A stretch of 64,000 bases of DNA from an uncultured Eubacteriales bacterium. Its GTDB lineage: Bacteria; Bacillota; Clostridia; Oscillospirales; UBA644. Of this stretch, positions 26,101-33,711 are shown one piece after another. Within the stretch, counting starts at the first letter, position 1; each line of letters starts with the position of its first letter. Position numbers and translations under genes: made by a program. The DNA lies in assembly GCA_905207625.1 (NCBI GenBank), contig CAJLLT010000003.1, forward strand, positions 43,924-107,923, given 5' to 3'. A model generated the notes under the pieces. That model was not told the origin of the DNA and did no database searches. It worked only from the letters and a program-made list of their open reading frames with translations.

Positions 26101-28118
26101 TCTCTGTCAGATACTTCGGTAACGCAGACGCCGACCGTTGGAACGAATGGGCAAACTACAGCAAACTGACCAATGGTCAGGGTACTGAAGCAAATGCATT
26201 TACCATTGCAAGCCGTGTTGACGGTGATCAGACTCTTACCTCCGTATTCTATGAGTGGGATAAGAAGTATGACATCTCCTCCGGTTGGGATTGGGAAAAT
26301 GAGACCATGGGTGCTTCCGCAGACGTTCTGACCAAGGTCAGAGACTATGTCCTGAACCTGTTCGGCTATCTGTCCGGTAAGGTATCCTCCTCTATCGGCG
26401 TTGTTGCTTACAAGGTAGTCAGTGTTGCCGGACTCTTCGACCTCTTCAGCGAACAGGGCGATATGATTCCTGCAAGATTCGAAGATACCGAGTATGCGCA
26501 TGACGCAGCTCCCATGATCAACACTAAGTACGCTAAGGCCCTTCATAAGGCTCTCCGCGCCGCTTATGTACTGCTCTGGGGCGACGTTGCATACAACACC
26601 TCCAACAACATCACCGTAAGCGCTCCTCTCGCCGTTAAGGCCTATGAGGATGTTCTGGTTGCTCTTAAGGCCGTTCTGACCGAGAGAGGCATTCAGCAGT
26701 TCGCCAACTTCGAAGCTGACGTTGACCAGACCTCCAGAACCTTCAATCTCGCTGATCTTGCTGCTATGGATGTATTCACCAAGCTTGTTGAGACAGCTAC
26801 TCCCCTTTCTTATTACCTCACGGTAGGTCCTATCTACAACAACGTTAAGGTTAACGCTGCTTGGGTTATGGATTCCTATGAGACCGAAGTTAACAGCTAT
26901 TTCGGTCAGCTGATGTGGATCAACGTTGTTAGACCCATCATCGAAGGCGGTATGGTACTCCAGCTCGAAGACGTTGCAGTTTACGACTGGCAGTACGCTA
27001 TGAACCTCACTTCTGCAAGACAGAAGATCGCAAACATCTCCACCCTGTTCTCCTATGATCTGGCTGCTAATCAGCTTTACAGCATCAGAAGCGACGTTCC
27101 TCTGAGCTATCTGTTCGGAGTAGTTGCTGAAGTTGAAAATCTGAGAGTTGACCAGGATAAGCACAGCGATCCCTATCTGGCTGATTATGCCGAAGAGAAG
27201 CTGGCTGCCCTCATCGCTGAGGCTCACGGACTTGAAGTAGGCGTTTACGCCGACAACGGTCTGTCCGAGGCTATGATCAATGCAGATACCATCTACTATT
27301 CTCGTAAGTCCACCCACAACTTCTCCGTTGCTGAGAAGGCTATGGGTTACAACAAGTGCCTGCCCACTGCTGAGGAAATCGACGCTGCTGCTGAAGCACT
27401 TGCTGCTGCAATCAAAGCCGCTAAGGATTCTTACCTTGGTGGTTCCAAAGAAGAATTCGAAGCTATAGTTGCGGAAGCTCGCGCTATCTGCGCTCAGTAC
27501 ACCGGAGCTGAATATGCTGAACTCGTTGCTGCTGTTGAGAAGGCTATTGCTGATGCAAGAACCATCCTTAACTACAACGACCTCGAATACTTCACCGCTA
27601 ATGTTACCTGGGTTAAGTGGAACGAACTGATCGATTCCATCAACAAGGCTCTCGCTGCTCTTGAAGGTCAGGCTCTGACTGCAGATGAACTGGCTCTCTA
27701 TGCAGACGCTGCTCTTGCAAATCATCACGCTTCCGCTTACACCGAAGAGTCCTACAAAGCCCTCACCGAAGCTGTTGCTGCCGCTAAGGCCGTTGCTGCT
27801 AAGGGTGCTGAAGCTACCGTTTCCGAAATCGCCGCTGCTAAGAGAGCTATCGATGATGCCATCGCTAACCTCGTTAAGACCGACATTTCTGAGATCATGG
27901 CTGCAGCTATCGAGAAGTTTGCAGAACTCAAGGCTGAATTCGAAGCTCTGAACGAAAAAGAGTATGACGCTAAGTCCTACAAGGCTCTTAAGGATGCTCT
28001 TGACGCTCTCGAAGCCGGCATCAACAACAAGGTCAGCGACGATGAGATCCTCGATCTCCTCCTTAAAGTTATGAACTCTAAGGCTAGCCTGAAGAACGTT
28101 GATACCTGTGACGACTAA
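23136..28118 (+). CDS. Giant secreted protein of unknown family (1,660 aa) with Ala-rich FIVAR-like C-terminal helical repeats
   Basis: AGGAGG lies 9 nt upstream of ATG 23136. Signal peptide MSKKILSAIIAIAMVVSILATGFVASTGAAVEA. Natural-looking composition, in contrast to the mirror ORF. The track start 22896 would read through the promoter and is rejected. Confidence 0.85.
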   Translation: MSKKILSAIIAIAMVVSILATGFVASTGAAVEASDYASMLTKYEQKHEQLFANGPFWSMRATIMSASVGLLKNKSGAKKGLADYYGESKSDLMGTSDALAARNSILSALDLLKLVADDGNSLGFFGVNPKFVWMNGLSVSKGEFEFGYNWGANDTGVTAEDFLKVVAEFNKVASRDDKIDTASARAVAKIWGASNWAEAYAAFGLDLPDGIVPAYNNAIYLADQIIIMETGSDAYATTLSGEAAFYTWFMNLLVEKGLVLGNDDDEALRNTARDEQKVLNARVLYSEYDSSEWNSIVDVIALDADRGAYSSYAFQGTGNVYNQMGVELLNSQLGEFIVYADSVYYFLKRAIEENMDAAVVAPVAKELQVCIDVINTVLKYLEQQVRTGYNKPGAVPQIAFNFQGEENDAQIATYDQILNNYPGSENPYKMFNYATGESDRSTDTDFEFGTVWLGSKSNFDNGNYGTIVYEPANDVAVEGLSGYAAELYNYKNWVEKVDREDYYDAERGFINLYALDQTGRYNVGAVYGWTSFAQIRNIPELKDYFHVFETALKNAENYRGNGVLYTDFYKIKGSVDKAWNDFVTAVNAYLSKGFIDTTFTDSAAEEAAYYGDLVKILEFYENNLEGIYSSSSYFKLNAAVSRAETIVNLIKDTEELDPKNTYIILKGIGNETFVSIINDLLSEIAALDPAADRLEVSQSDLDEAYALIRKALFIQQYKNLDKATNEAVTELIENLKSLLPTEAGVASNYVIAKDTLDKKADGVHYEYGSSDDYYSNEDTKSNLNHAITIKFNLHYFSFINCLYTLEDVVFELENMDTEDPSSEIIVVPEGSSNNGDQLAQLAGRFFFLYNADVIGADVNGRKLAESVIGEYRTNQQGLTYLADNTMIDANTIAAENLKTGKAWDYGFNMMDKSTWAEMCWWYFPYNFHGHHGENNNRSSYEPQPYRMYTDNVKILAAIAFGEGTGDAPVNYGYAYDMYAYFLEVLGQALSVRYFGNADADRWNEWANYSKLTNGQGTEANAFTIASRVDGDQTLTSVFYEWDKKYDISSGWDWENETMGASADVLTKVRDYVLNLFGYLSGKVSSSIGVVAYKVVSVAGLFDLFSEQGDMIPARFEDTEYAHDAAPMINTKYAKALHKALRAAYVLLWGDVAYNTSNNITVSAPLAVKAYEDVLVALKAVLTERGIQQFANFEADVDQTSRTFNLADLAAMDVFTKLVETATPLSYYLTVGPIYNNVKVNAAWVMDSYETEVNSYFGQLMWINVVRPIIEGGMVLQLEDVAVYDWQYAMNLTSARQKIANISTLFSYDLAANQLYSIRSDVPLSYLFGVVAEVENLRVDQDKHSDPYLADYAEEKLAALIAEAHGLEVGVYADNGLSEAMINADTIYYSRKSTHNFSVAEKAMGYNKCLPTAEEIDAAAEALAAAIKAAKDSYLGGSKEEFEAIVAEARAICAQYTGAEYAELVAAVEKAIADARTILNYNDLEYFTANVTWVKWNELIDSINKALAALEGQALTADELALYADAALANHHASAYTEESYKALTEAVAAAKAVAAKGAEATVSEIAAAKRAIDDAIANLVKTDISEIMAAAIEKFAELKAEFEALNEKEYDAKSYKALKDALDALEAGINNKVSDDEILDLLLKVMNSKASLKNVDTCDD

Positions 28119-28226
28119 GAGTTTTTCTCCACTCTTATGTATGATCTGCGGGTGACCGCCTCTCTGTCCCGGCAACGGACGGATGTGCATACGTAGGAAA
28201 AAAGATTAGAAAAGGCTTTTAGCTTC

Positions 28227-28256
28227 GACCCCTGCGGACTTTCGTCCGCAGGGGTC
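28227..28256 (+). terminator. Hairpin terminator after the giant gene
   Basis: Perfect 13-bp stem GACCCCTGCGGAC / GTCCGCAGGGGTC with loop TTTC. The downstream U tract is weak (GGTTATTATAT). Confidence 0.6.
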
Positions 28257-28383
28257 GGTTATTATATCCGGTACTTTATTTGGATAAAAAATCACAAATT
28301 ACATATTGAAATATCAAATAAAATATGGTATACTGAATCGTATATAAATATAACCGGCGAAAAGCCGAAACAGAGGGGTTTTT

Positions 28384-29391
28384 ATGGCATTACTCATACC
28401 GAAGGGCTATCAGCCCTCTCTTACCGTCCGACAGACACTGAAAGCGGTAAAAATAATAAAAGATATTTTCGAAATAGAGCTTGCCAAAGCCCTTAATCTT
28501 GAACGGGTCTCCGCACCTTTGTTTGTTACCAGGGACAGCGGTCTCAACGATGACCTGAACGGGGTGGAGGTTCCTGTACGCTTTGAATTCGAGGGAAAGA
28601 CCGCCGAGATCGTTCATTCTCTTGCCAAGTGGAAGCGTCTTGCGCTTAAGGAATACGGTTTTGAGCCTCATCGTGGACTTTATACGGATATGAACGCTAT
28701 CCGTGCCTGTGAGGAGCCGGATAATTTTCATTCCATTTATGTTGACCAGTGGGACTGGGAAGTAGTCATAGACCGGCAGGACAGAAACCTTGAGTATCTC
28801 AAACAAACGGTGCGCAATATTGCCTCTGCGATTTCAGATACACAGCAGCTTCTTACCAAAACCTATGCGAAAGCCCAGACAATGTTTCTGCCGGACAGCG
28901 AGGTTCTGTTTATTTCTTCCTCAGAACTTGAGGCCAGATATCCGGATCTCTCTGCCAAAGAAAGGGAAAACGCGATCGTACGGGAGCATTCCCCTGTATT
29001 TATAACTCAGATAGGCGATGTTCTGCCTCTTTCCGGTAAACCCCACGACGGGAGGGCGCCGGACTACGATGACTGGTCTCTGAACGGAGATCTCCTCTAT
29101 TATTTCGCACCTCTTGATTGTGCTATTGAGGTCTCAAGTATGGGTATCCGCGTGGATGAAAAATCCCTGGATGAGCAGCTTAAAAAGGCTCATGCCGAGT
29201 CCAGACGGGATCTGCCGTTCCACAAAGCTCTGCTTTCAGGCCAGTTACCACTGACCATAGGTGGAGGTATCGGACAGTCCAGGATCTGTATGCTCATGTT
29301 GCAGAAAGCTCATATCGGAGAGGTCCAGGTGTCGCTCTGGCCCGAAGATATGAAAAAAGAATGCCTTGCAAATAATATAAATATACTCTAA
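28384..29391 (+). CDS. asnA: Aspartate--ammonia ligase (asparagine synthetase A)
   Basis: 335 aa. N-terminus [26 protein letters not shown] and class-II-synthetase-like core motifs typical of AsnA. Confidence 0.93.
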   Translation: MALLIPKGYQPSLTVRQTLKAVKIIKDIFEIELAKALNLERVSAPLFVTRDSGLNDDLNGVEVPVRFEFEGKTAEIVHSLAKWKRLALKEYGFEPHRGLYTDMNAIRACEEPDNFHSIYVDQWDWEVVIDRQDRNLEYLKQTVRNIASAISDTQQLLTKTYAKAQTMFLPDSEVLFISSSELEARYPDLSAKERENAIVREHSPVFITQIGDVLPLSGKPHDGRAPDYDDWSLNGDLLYYFAPLDCAIEVSSMGIRVDEKSLDEQLKKAHAESRRDLPFHKALLSGQLPLTIGGGIGQSRICMLMLQKAHIGEVQVSLWPEDMKKECLANNINIL

Positions 29392-29413
29392 ATCAACAGA
29401 AAGGAGCAGTTTC

Positions 29414-30802
29414 ATGGTTTCCATTAAAGAACTTTATACGGATATTGCCGCCTATGACGGTAAGACAGTGGATGTCTGCGGTTGGGTCAGAACCGTCCGC
29501 GACTCCAAATCCTTCGGCTTCATCGAACTTAACGACGGAAGCTTTTTCCGTTCCGCCCAGATCGTTTTCGAGGAGGCGGTGATCAATAATTATAAACAGA
29601 TAGCAAAACTCAACGTGGGTTCTTCTCTCCGTGTCACCGGTACTGTGGTTGCGACCCCCACCATGAAGCAGCCCTTTGAAATAAAAGCCGCTTCAATAGA
29701 GATAGAAGGGGCTTCCACTGCGGACTATCCGTTGCAGAAAAAGAGACATTCCCTTGAGTTTCTCCGGGAGATTGCACATTTGCGACCCAGAACAAACACT
29801 TTTTCCGCAGTTTTCCGTGTTCGTTCCGTTGCCGCTCAGGCGATCCACCGTTTCTTCGGTGACAGAGGTTTTGTGTATGTGAATACACCCCTTATTACCG
29901 GCAGCGACTGTGAAGGTGCGGGGGAAATGTTCAGAGTCACGACCCTCGATCTTGATAACCTGCCCAGAACAGAGGACGGAAAGGTCGATTTTACCCAGGA
30001 CTTTTTCCATAAATCCACCAACCTTACCGTTTCCGGACAGCTTGAGGGCGAATGCTTTGCCATGGCTTTCGGAAAAATATATACCTTCGGTCCGACTTTT
30101 CGTGCCGAGAATTCCAATACAGCCCGTCATGCGGCTGAGTTCTGGATGATCGAGCCAGAAATTGCTTTTGCGGATCTCGGGGACGATATGCAGCTTGCTC
30201 AGGACATGATCAAGTATGTTATCCGGGATGTACTGGAAAAATGTCCGGAGGACATGAAATTTTTCAATGACTTTGTGGACAAGGGGCTTCTTGACCGGCT
30301 TAACGGCCTTGTAAACTCAGATTTTGCCCATGTTACATATACTGAAGCAGTGAAGCTTCTCGAGCAGCACAGGGATAAGTTTGAGTATCCCGTATTCTGG
30401 GGCTGTGACCTGCAGACGGAACACGAAAGATATCTCACCGAACAGATATTCAAATGCCCCGTTTTCGTTACCGATTATCCCAAGGAAATCAAAGCTTTCT
30501 ATATGCGCCTGAATGACGACGGAAAAACCGTTGCGGCTATGGATATGCTCGTTCCCGGAGTCGGGGAGATCATCGGCGGAAGCCAGCGTGAAGAACGCTT
30601 TGAGGTCCTTACCGAAAGAATGGAACAACTGGGGCTGAAGCAGGAGGATTACAGCTGGTATCTGGATCTTCGCCGTTATGGCGGAACAAAACATGCCGGT
30701 TTCGGTCTGGGATTTGAAAGACTGATAATGTATTTAACCGGAATTTCAAACATAAGAGACGTGCTGCCCTTCCCCAGAACAGTGGGCAACGCTGAGTATT
30801 AA
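29414..30802 (+). CDS. asnS: Asparagine--tRNA ligase
   Basis: 462 aa. OB-fold N-terminus ([23 protein letters not shown]). Class II motifs ([36 protein letters not shown]). Confidence 0.95.
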   Translation: MVSIKELYTDIAAYDGKTVDVCGWVRTVRDSKSFGFIELNDGSFFRSAQIVFEEAVINNYKQIAKLNVGSSLRVTGTVVATPTMKQPFEIKAASIEIEGASTADYPLQKKRHSLEFLREIAHLRPRTNTFSAVFRVRSVAAQAIHRFFGDRGFVYVNTPLITGSDCEGAGEMFRVTTLDLDNLPRTEDGKVDFTQDFFHKSTNLTVSGQLEGECFAMAFGKIYTFGPTFRAENSNTARHAAEFWMIEPEIAFADLGDDMQLAQDMIKYVIRDVLEKCPEDMKFFNDFVDKGLLDRLNGLVNSDFAHVTYTEAVKLLEQHRDKFEYPVFWGCDLQTEHERYLTEQIFKCPVFVTDYPKEIKAFYMRLNDDGKTVAAMDMLVPGVGEIIGGSQREERFEVLTERMEQLGLKQEDYSWYLDLRRYGGTKHAGFGLGFERLIMYLTGISNIRDVLPFPRTVGNAEY

Positions 30803-30827
30803 AGAGAGAATCAGAGAGGGAACAGAG

Positions 30828-32111
30828 ATGAAAAACGACATTACCGCACTTTCCGTGCCGGAGCTTGAGGCTCTCGCGGCGGAACTGAGAAAGCAATATG
30901 ACGGGTATAAGTCCCGTGGGCTGAAACTTGATATGTCCAGGGGAAAACCCTGTACGGCACAGCTTGATCTTTCCGAAAAAATGCTGACGGTTCTTTCGGA
31001 CAATGCCTCCTGTGTGGATGCCACCGGATTTGACTGCCGCAATTACGGAGTCATGGACGGTATTGCGGAAGCAAAACAGATGTTTGCCCAGCTTTTCGGA
31101 GTAGAGGCCGATGAGGTGATAGTCGGCGGCAACAGCAGTCTGAACATGATGTACGATCAGATTGTCCGCGGTCTGCTTCTCGGTGTATACGGAGGCGAGA
31201 AACCCTGGTCAGCTCAGGGAAAAATCAGATTTATCTGTCCCGTTCCGGGCTATGACAGACATTTTTCCATCTGTGAAAGCCTCGGTATAGAGATGGTGAA
31301 TGTTGCCCTCACTCCCAACGGTCCGGATATGGACGTGGTCGAAAAGCTTATCAAAGACCCCTCCGTAAAAGGAATGTGGAATATCCCGAAATACAGCAAT
31401 CCCACGGGAATTACCTATAGCGATGAGACCGTCCGACGTATCGCACGGATGAAACCCGCCGCAAAGGATTTCAGGGTCTTCTGGGATAATGCCTATGCTC
31501 TTCATGACTTCGGTCCTAACCCCGACACCTTGCTTGATCTTATGGCGGAGGCGAAGAAAGCGGGCAATGAGGACATGATCTTCATGTATATGTCCACCTC
31601 CAAAATATCCTTCCCGGGTGCCGGTGTGGCAGCCATGGCAGCAAGTAAGGCAAATATAGATCTTATTAAAAAGCAGATGTTTTTCCAGACAATCGGTCCG
31701 GATAAACTGAACCAGCTGCGTCATGTACGCTACTTCGGTTCCGCAGACGGACTTAAGGCATACATGAAAAAACACGCGGCGATAATCAAGCCCCATTTCG
31801 ACGTGGCTCTTTCCACCCTTGACCGGGAACTTAAAGGCACCGGGGCTGCGGATTGGTATGCGCCCAACGGCGGTTATTTTATTTCCTGCAACGTGCTTCC
31901 CGGCTGCGCGAAGAAAGTCGTGGCGATGATGAAGGATGCCGGAGTGACCGTTACCGGTGCCGGCTCCGCCTTCCCGTACGGCAAAGATCCGGACGACAAA
32001 AACATTCGTCTTGCTCCTACTTATCCCTCTCTGGAGGAGTTGCAGACGGCTATGGATATACTTTGTGTCTGCACAAAGCTTGCGGCGGCAGAAAAGCTGC
32101 TGGGACTGTAA
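30828..32111 (+). CDS. Class Ib aspartate aminotransferase (Corynebacterium AspT-type)
   Basis: 427 aa. Strong recalled similarity to C. glutamicum-type AspT (LKLDMSRGKP, ICPVPGYDRHFSI, FWDNAYALH, STSKISFPGAG, NIRLAPTYP). Confidence 0.88.
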   Translation: MKNDITALSVPELEALAAELRKQYDGYKSRGLKLDMSRGKPCTAQLDLSEKMLTVLSDNASCVDATGFDCRNYGVMDGIAEAKQMFAQLFGVEADEVIVGGNSSLNMMYDQIVRGLLLGVYGGEKPWSAQGKIRFICPVPGYDRHFSICESLGIEMVNVALTPNGPDMDVVEKLIKDPSVKGMWNIPKYSNPTGITYSDETVRRIARMKPAAKDFRVFWDNAYALHDFGPNPDTLLDLMAEAKKAGNEDMIFMYMSTSKISFPGAGVAAMAASKANIDLIKKQMFFQTIGPDKLNQLRHVRYFGSADGLKAYMKKHAAIIKPHFDVALSTLDRELKGTGAADWYAPNGGYFISCNVLPGCAKKVVAMMKDAGVTVTGAGSAFPYGKDPDDKNIRLAPTYPSLEELQTAMDILCVCTKLAAAEKLLGL

Positions 32112-32132
32112 TCGGAAAGGAAAATTCAACGG

Positions 32133-33578
32133 ATGAGCAACCAGAACTACGAAAGCCCCTTCAACAGCCGGTACGCCAGTGCGGAAATGCAGTATATCTT
32201 TTCCGCCGATAATAAGTTCAGAACCTGGCGCAGACTCTGGATCGCCCTTGCCCGGGCTGAGAAAAACCTGGGGCTGCCGATAACCGATGAGCAGATAGCA
32301 GAACTTGAAAAGTATAAGGATGATATAAATTACGATGTGGCACAGGCAAGGGAAAAGGAAGTCCGCCACGATGTAATGAGTCATGTTTATGCTTACGGCG
32401 AGCAGGCAAAAAGCGCCAAAGGTATCATCCACCTTGGGGCAACGTCCTGCTATGTGGGCGACAATACGGACATAATCGTTATGCGTCAGGCCATGGAGCT
32501 TATCCGTACCAAACTTGTGTCGGTGATAAGAAATCTTTCCGGATTCGCCGAAGAATACAAGTCCATGCCCTGCCTTGCGTATACTCACTTACAGCCGGCA
32601 CAGCTTACGACTGTGGGCAAACGCGCGACTTTATGGATAAATGAGCTATTGTACGATTTTGATGAGCTTCAGTTCCGGCTTGACAATCTCAAGCTTCTTG
32701 GGCAGAAGGGAACTACCGGTACTCAGGCGAGTTTTGTGGAGCTTTTCGGCGGGGAAGACTGTACTGAAAAAATAAAGAAACTTGAGGCTGATATTGCCCG
32801 GGAAATGGGCTTTGCCGCAGATAAGGTCGTCCCCGTCTCCGGACAGACCTACAGCCGTAAGGTGGACAGCCAGATCCTGGCGACTCTTTCCGGAATAGCT
32901 CAATCTGCGTATAAGTTTGCCAACGATCTGCGTATTCTCGCAAACTTCAAGGAGATTGAAGAGCCTTTTGAAAAGAATCAGATCGGCTCTTCTGCCATGC
33001 CCTATAAGCGCAACCCCATGCGGAGCGAGCGTATCTGCGCTCTCGCCCGGTATGTTATAACCGATTCCCTCAATTCCGCCTTTACAGCGGCGACACAGTG
33101 GTTTGAGCGGACACTTGATGATTCGGCAAATAAACGTATCGCAGTGGCTGAAGCATTCCTTGCGGTGGATGCGATACTGAATATTTATATCAACGTCACA
33201 AACGGTCTTGTGGTATATCCGAAAATGATCCGTCGCAGAGTGATGACGGAGCTTCCCTTTATGGCAACCGAGAACATTATGATGGAAGCCGTCAAGAGGG
33301 GCGGAGACCGTCAGCAGCTTCATGAAAAGATCCGTCAGTACAGCCTTAAGGCAGCGGCAAGAGTAAAGCAGGAGGGACTTGACAATGACCTTCTGGAACG
33401 CATAGCCGCGGACCCCGCATTCGGGTTGGATGCTTCCGAACTTTCTTCTCTTCTTGAACCTTCGGCATATATCGGAAGAAGTGTTGAGCAGGTGGATGAG
33501 TTCCTTCGCGGATTTGTCGGACCGGTTCTGGATAAGTACGGCAAAGGCGCAATAAAAGATGTTTCCCTCAATGTGTAG
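32133..33578 (+). CDS. purB: Adenylosuccinate lyase
   Basis: 481 aa. N-terminus YESPFNSRYAS.EM and fumarate-lyase signature GSSAMPYKRNP. Confidence 0.95.
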   Translation: MSNQNYESPFNSRYASAEMQYIFSADNKFRTWRRLWIALARAEKNLGLPITDEQIAELEKYKDDINYDVAQAREKEVRHDVMSHVYAYGEQAKSAKGIIHLGATSCYVGDNTDIIVMRQAMELIRTKLVSVIRNLSGFAEEYKSMPCLAYTHLQPAQLTTVGKRATLWINELLYDFDELQFRLDNLKLLGQKGTTGTQASFVELFGGEDCTEKIKKLEADIAREMGFAADKVVPVSGQTYSRKVDSQILATLSGIAQSAYKFANDLRILANFKEIEEPFEKNQIGSSAMPYKRNPMRSERICALARYVITDSLNSAFTAATQWFERTLDDSANKRIAVAEAFLAVDAILNIYINVTNGLVVYPKMIRRRVMTELPFMATENIMMEAVKRGGDRQQLHEKIRQYSLKAAARVKQEGLDNDLLERIAADPAFGLDASELSSLLEPSAYIGRSVEQVDEFLRGFVGPVLDKYGKGAIKDVSLNV

Positions 33579-33599
33579 GAATACCTGAGATGAGTAAAA

Positions 33600-33626
33600 G
33601 GTTCCGCAAACCGCGGAACCTTTTTT
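33600..33626 (+). terminator. Rho-independent terminator after purB
   Basis: GGTTCCGC / GCGGAACC stem followed by TTTTTTGTTT. Confidence 0.8.
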
Positions 33627-33663
33627 GTTTCTGCCGCCAATGAGGGCTGAATCTAAAAAGGAA

Positions 33664-33688
33664 GCTGCCCGATCCCGGATCGGGCAGC
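33664..33688. terminator. Bidirectional hairpin terminator (serves the minus-strand surface-protein gene)
   Basis: GCTGCCCGATC-CCG-GATCGGGCAGC, flanked by an A run (33655-33659) and a T run (33691-33695). Confidence 0.7.
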
Positions 33689-33711
33689 TCTTTTTATAAC
33701 CTTGTGGGGTT

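Noticed and set aside
23133-28190. 1,685-aa minus-strand ORF, the second-longest ORF in the window
   Set aside because: It is the codon-aligned mirror of the plus-strand gene. It has a Ser/Gly/Val/Phe-rich low-complexity composition, no SD and no signal or domain logic. It ends exactly at the reverse complement of a TTA codon. The plus-strand gene has a promoter, SD, signal peptide and terminator. The mirror ORF is explained by the absence of TTA, CTA and TCA codons.
28257-28383. Possible T-box leader upstream of asnA-asnS
   Set aside because: Only ~120 nt are available. There is no specifier-loop or T-box (AANNNGGGTGGTACCGCG-like) sequence and no terminator/antiterminator pair.
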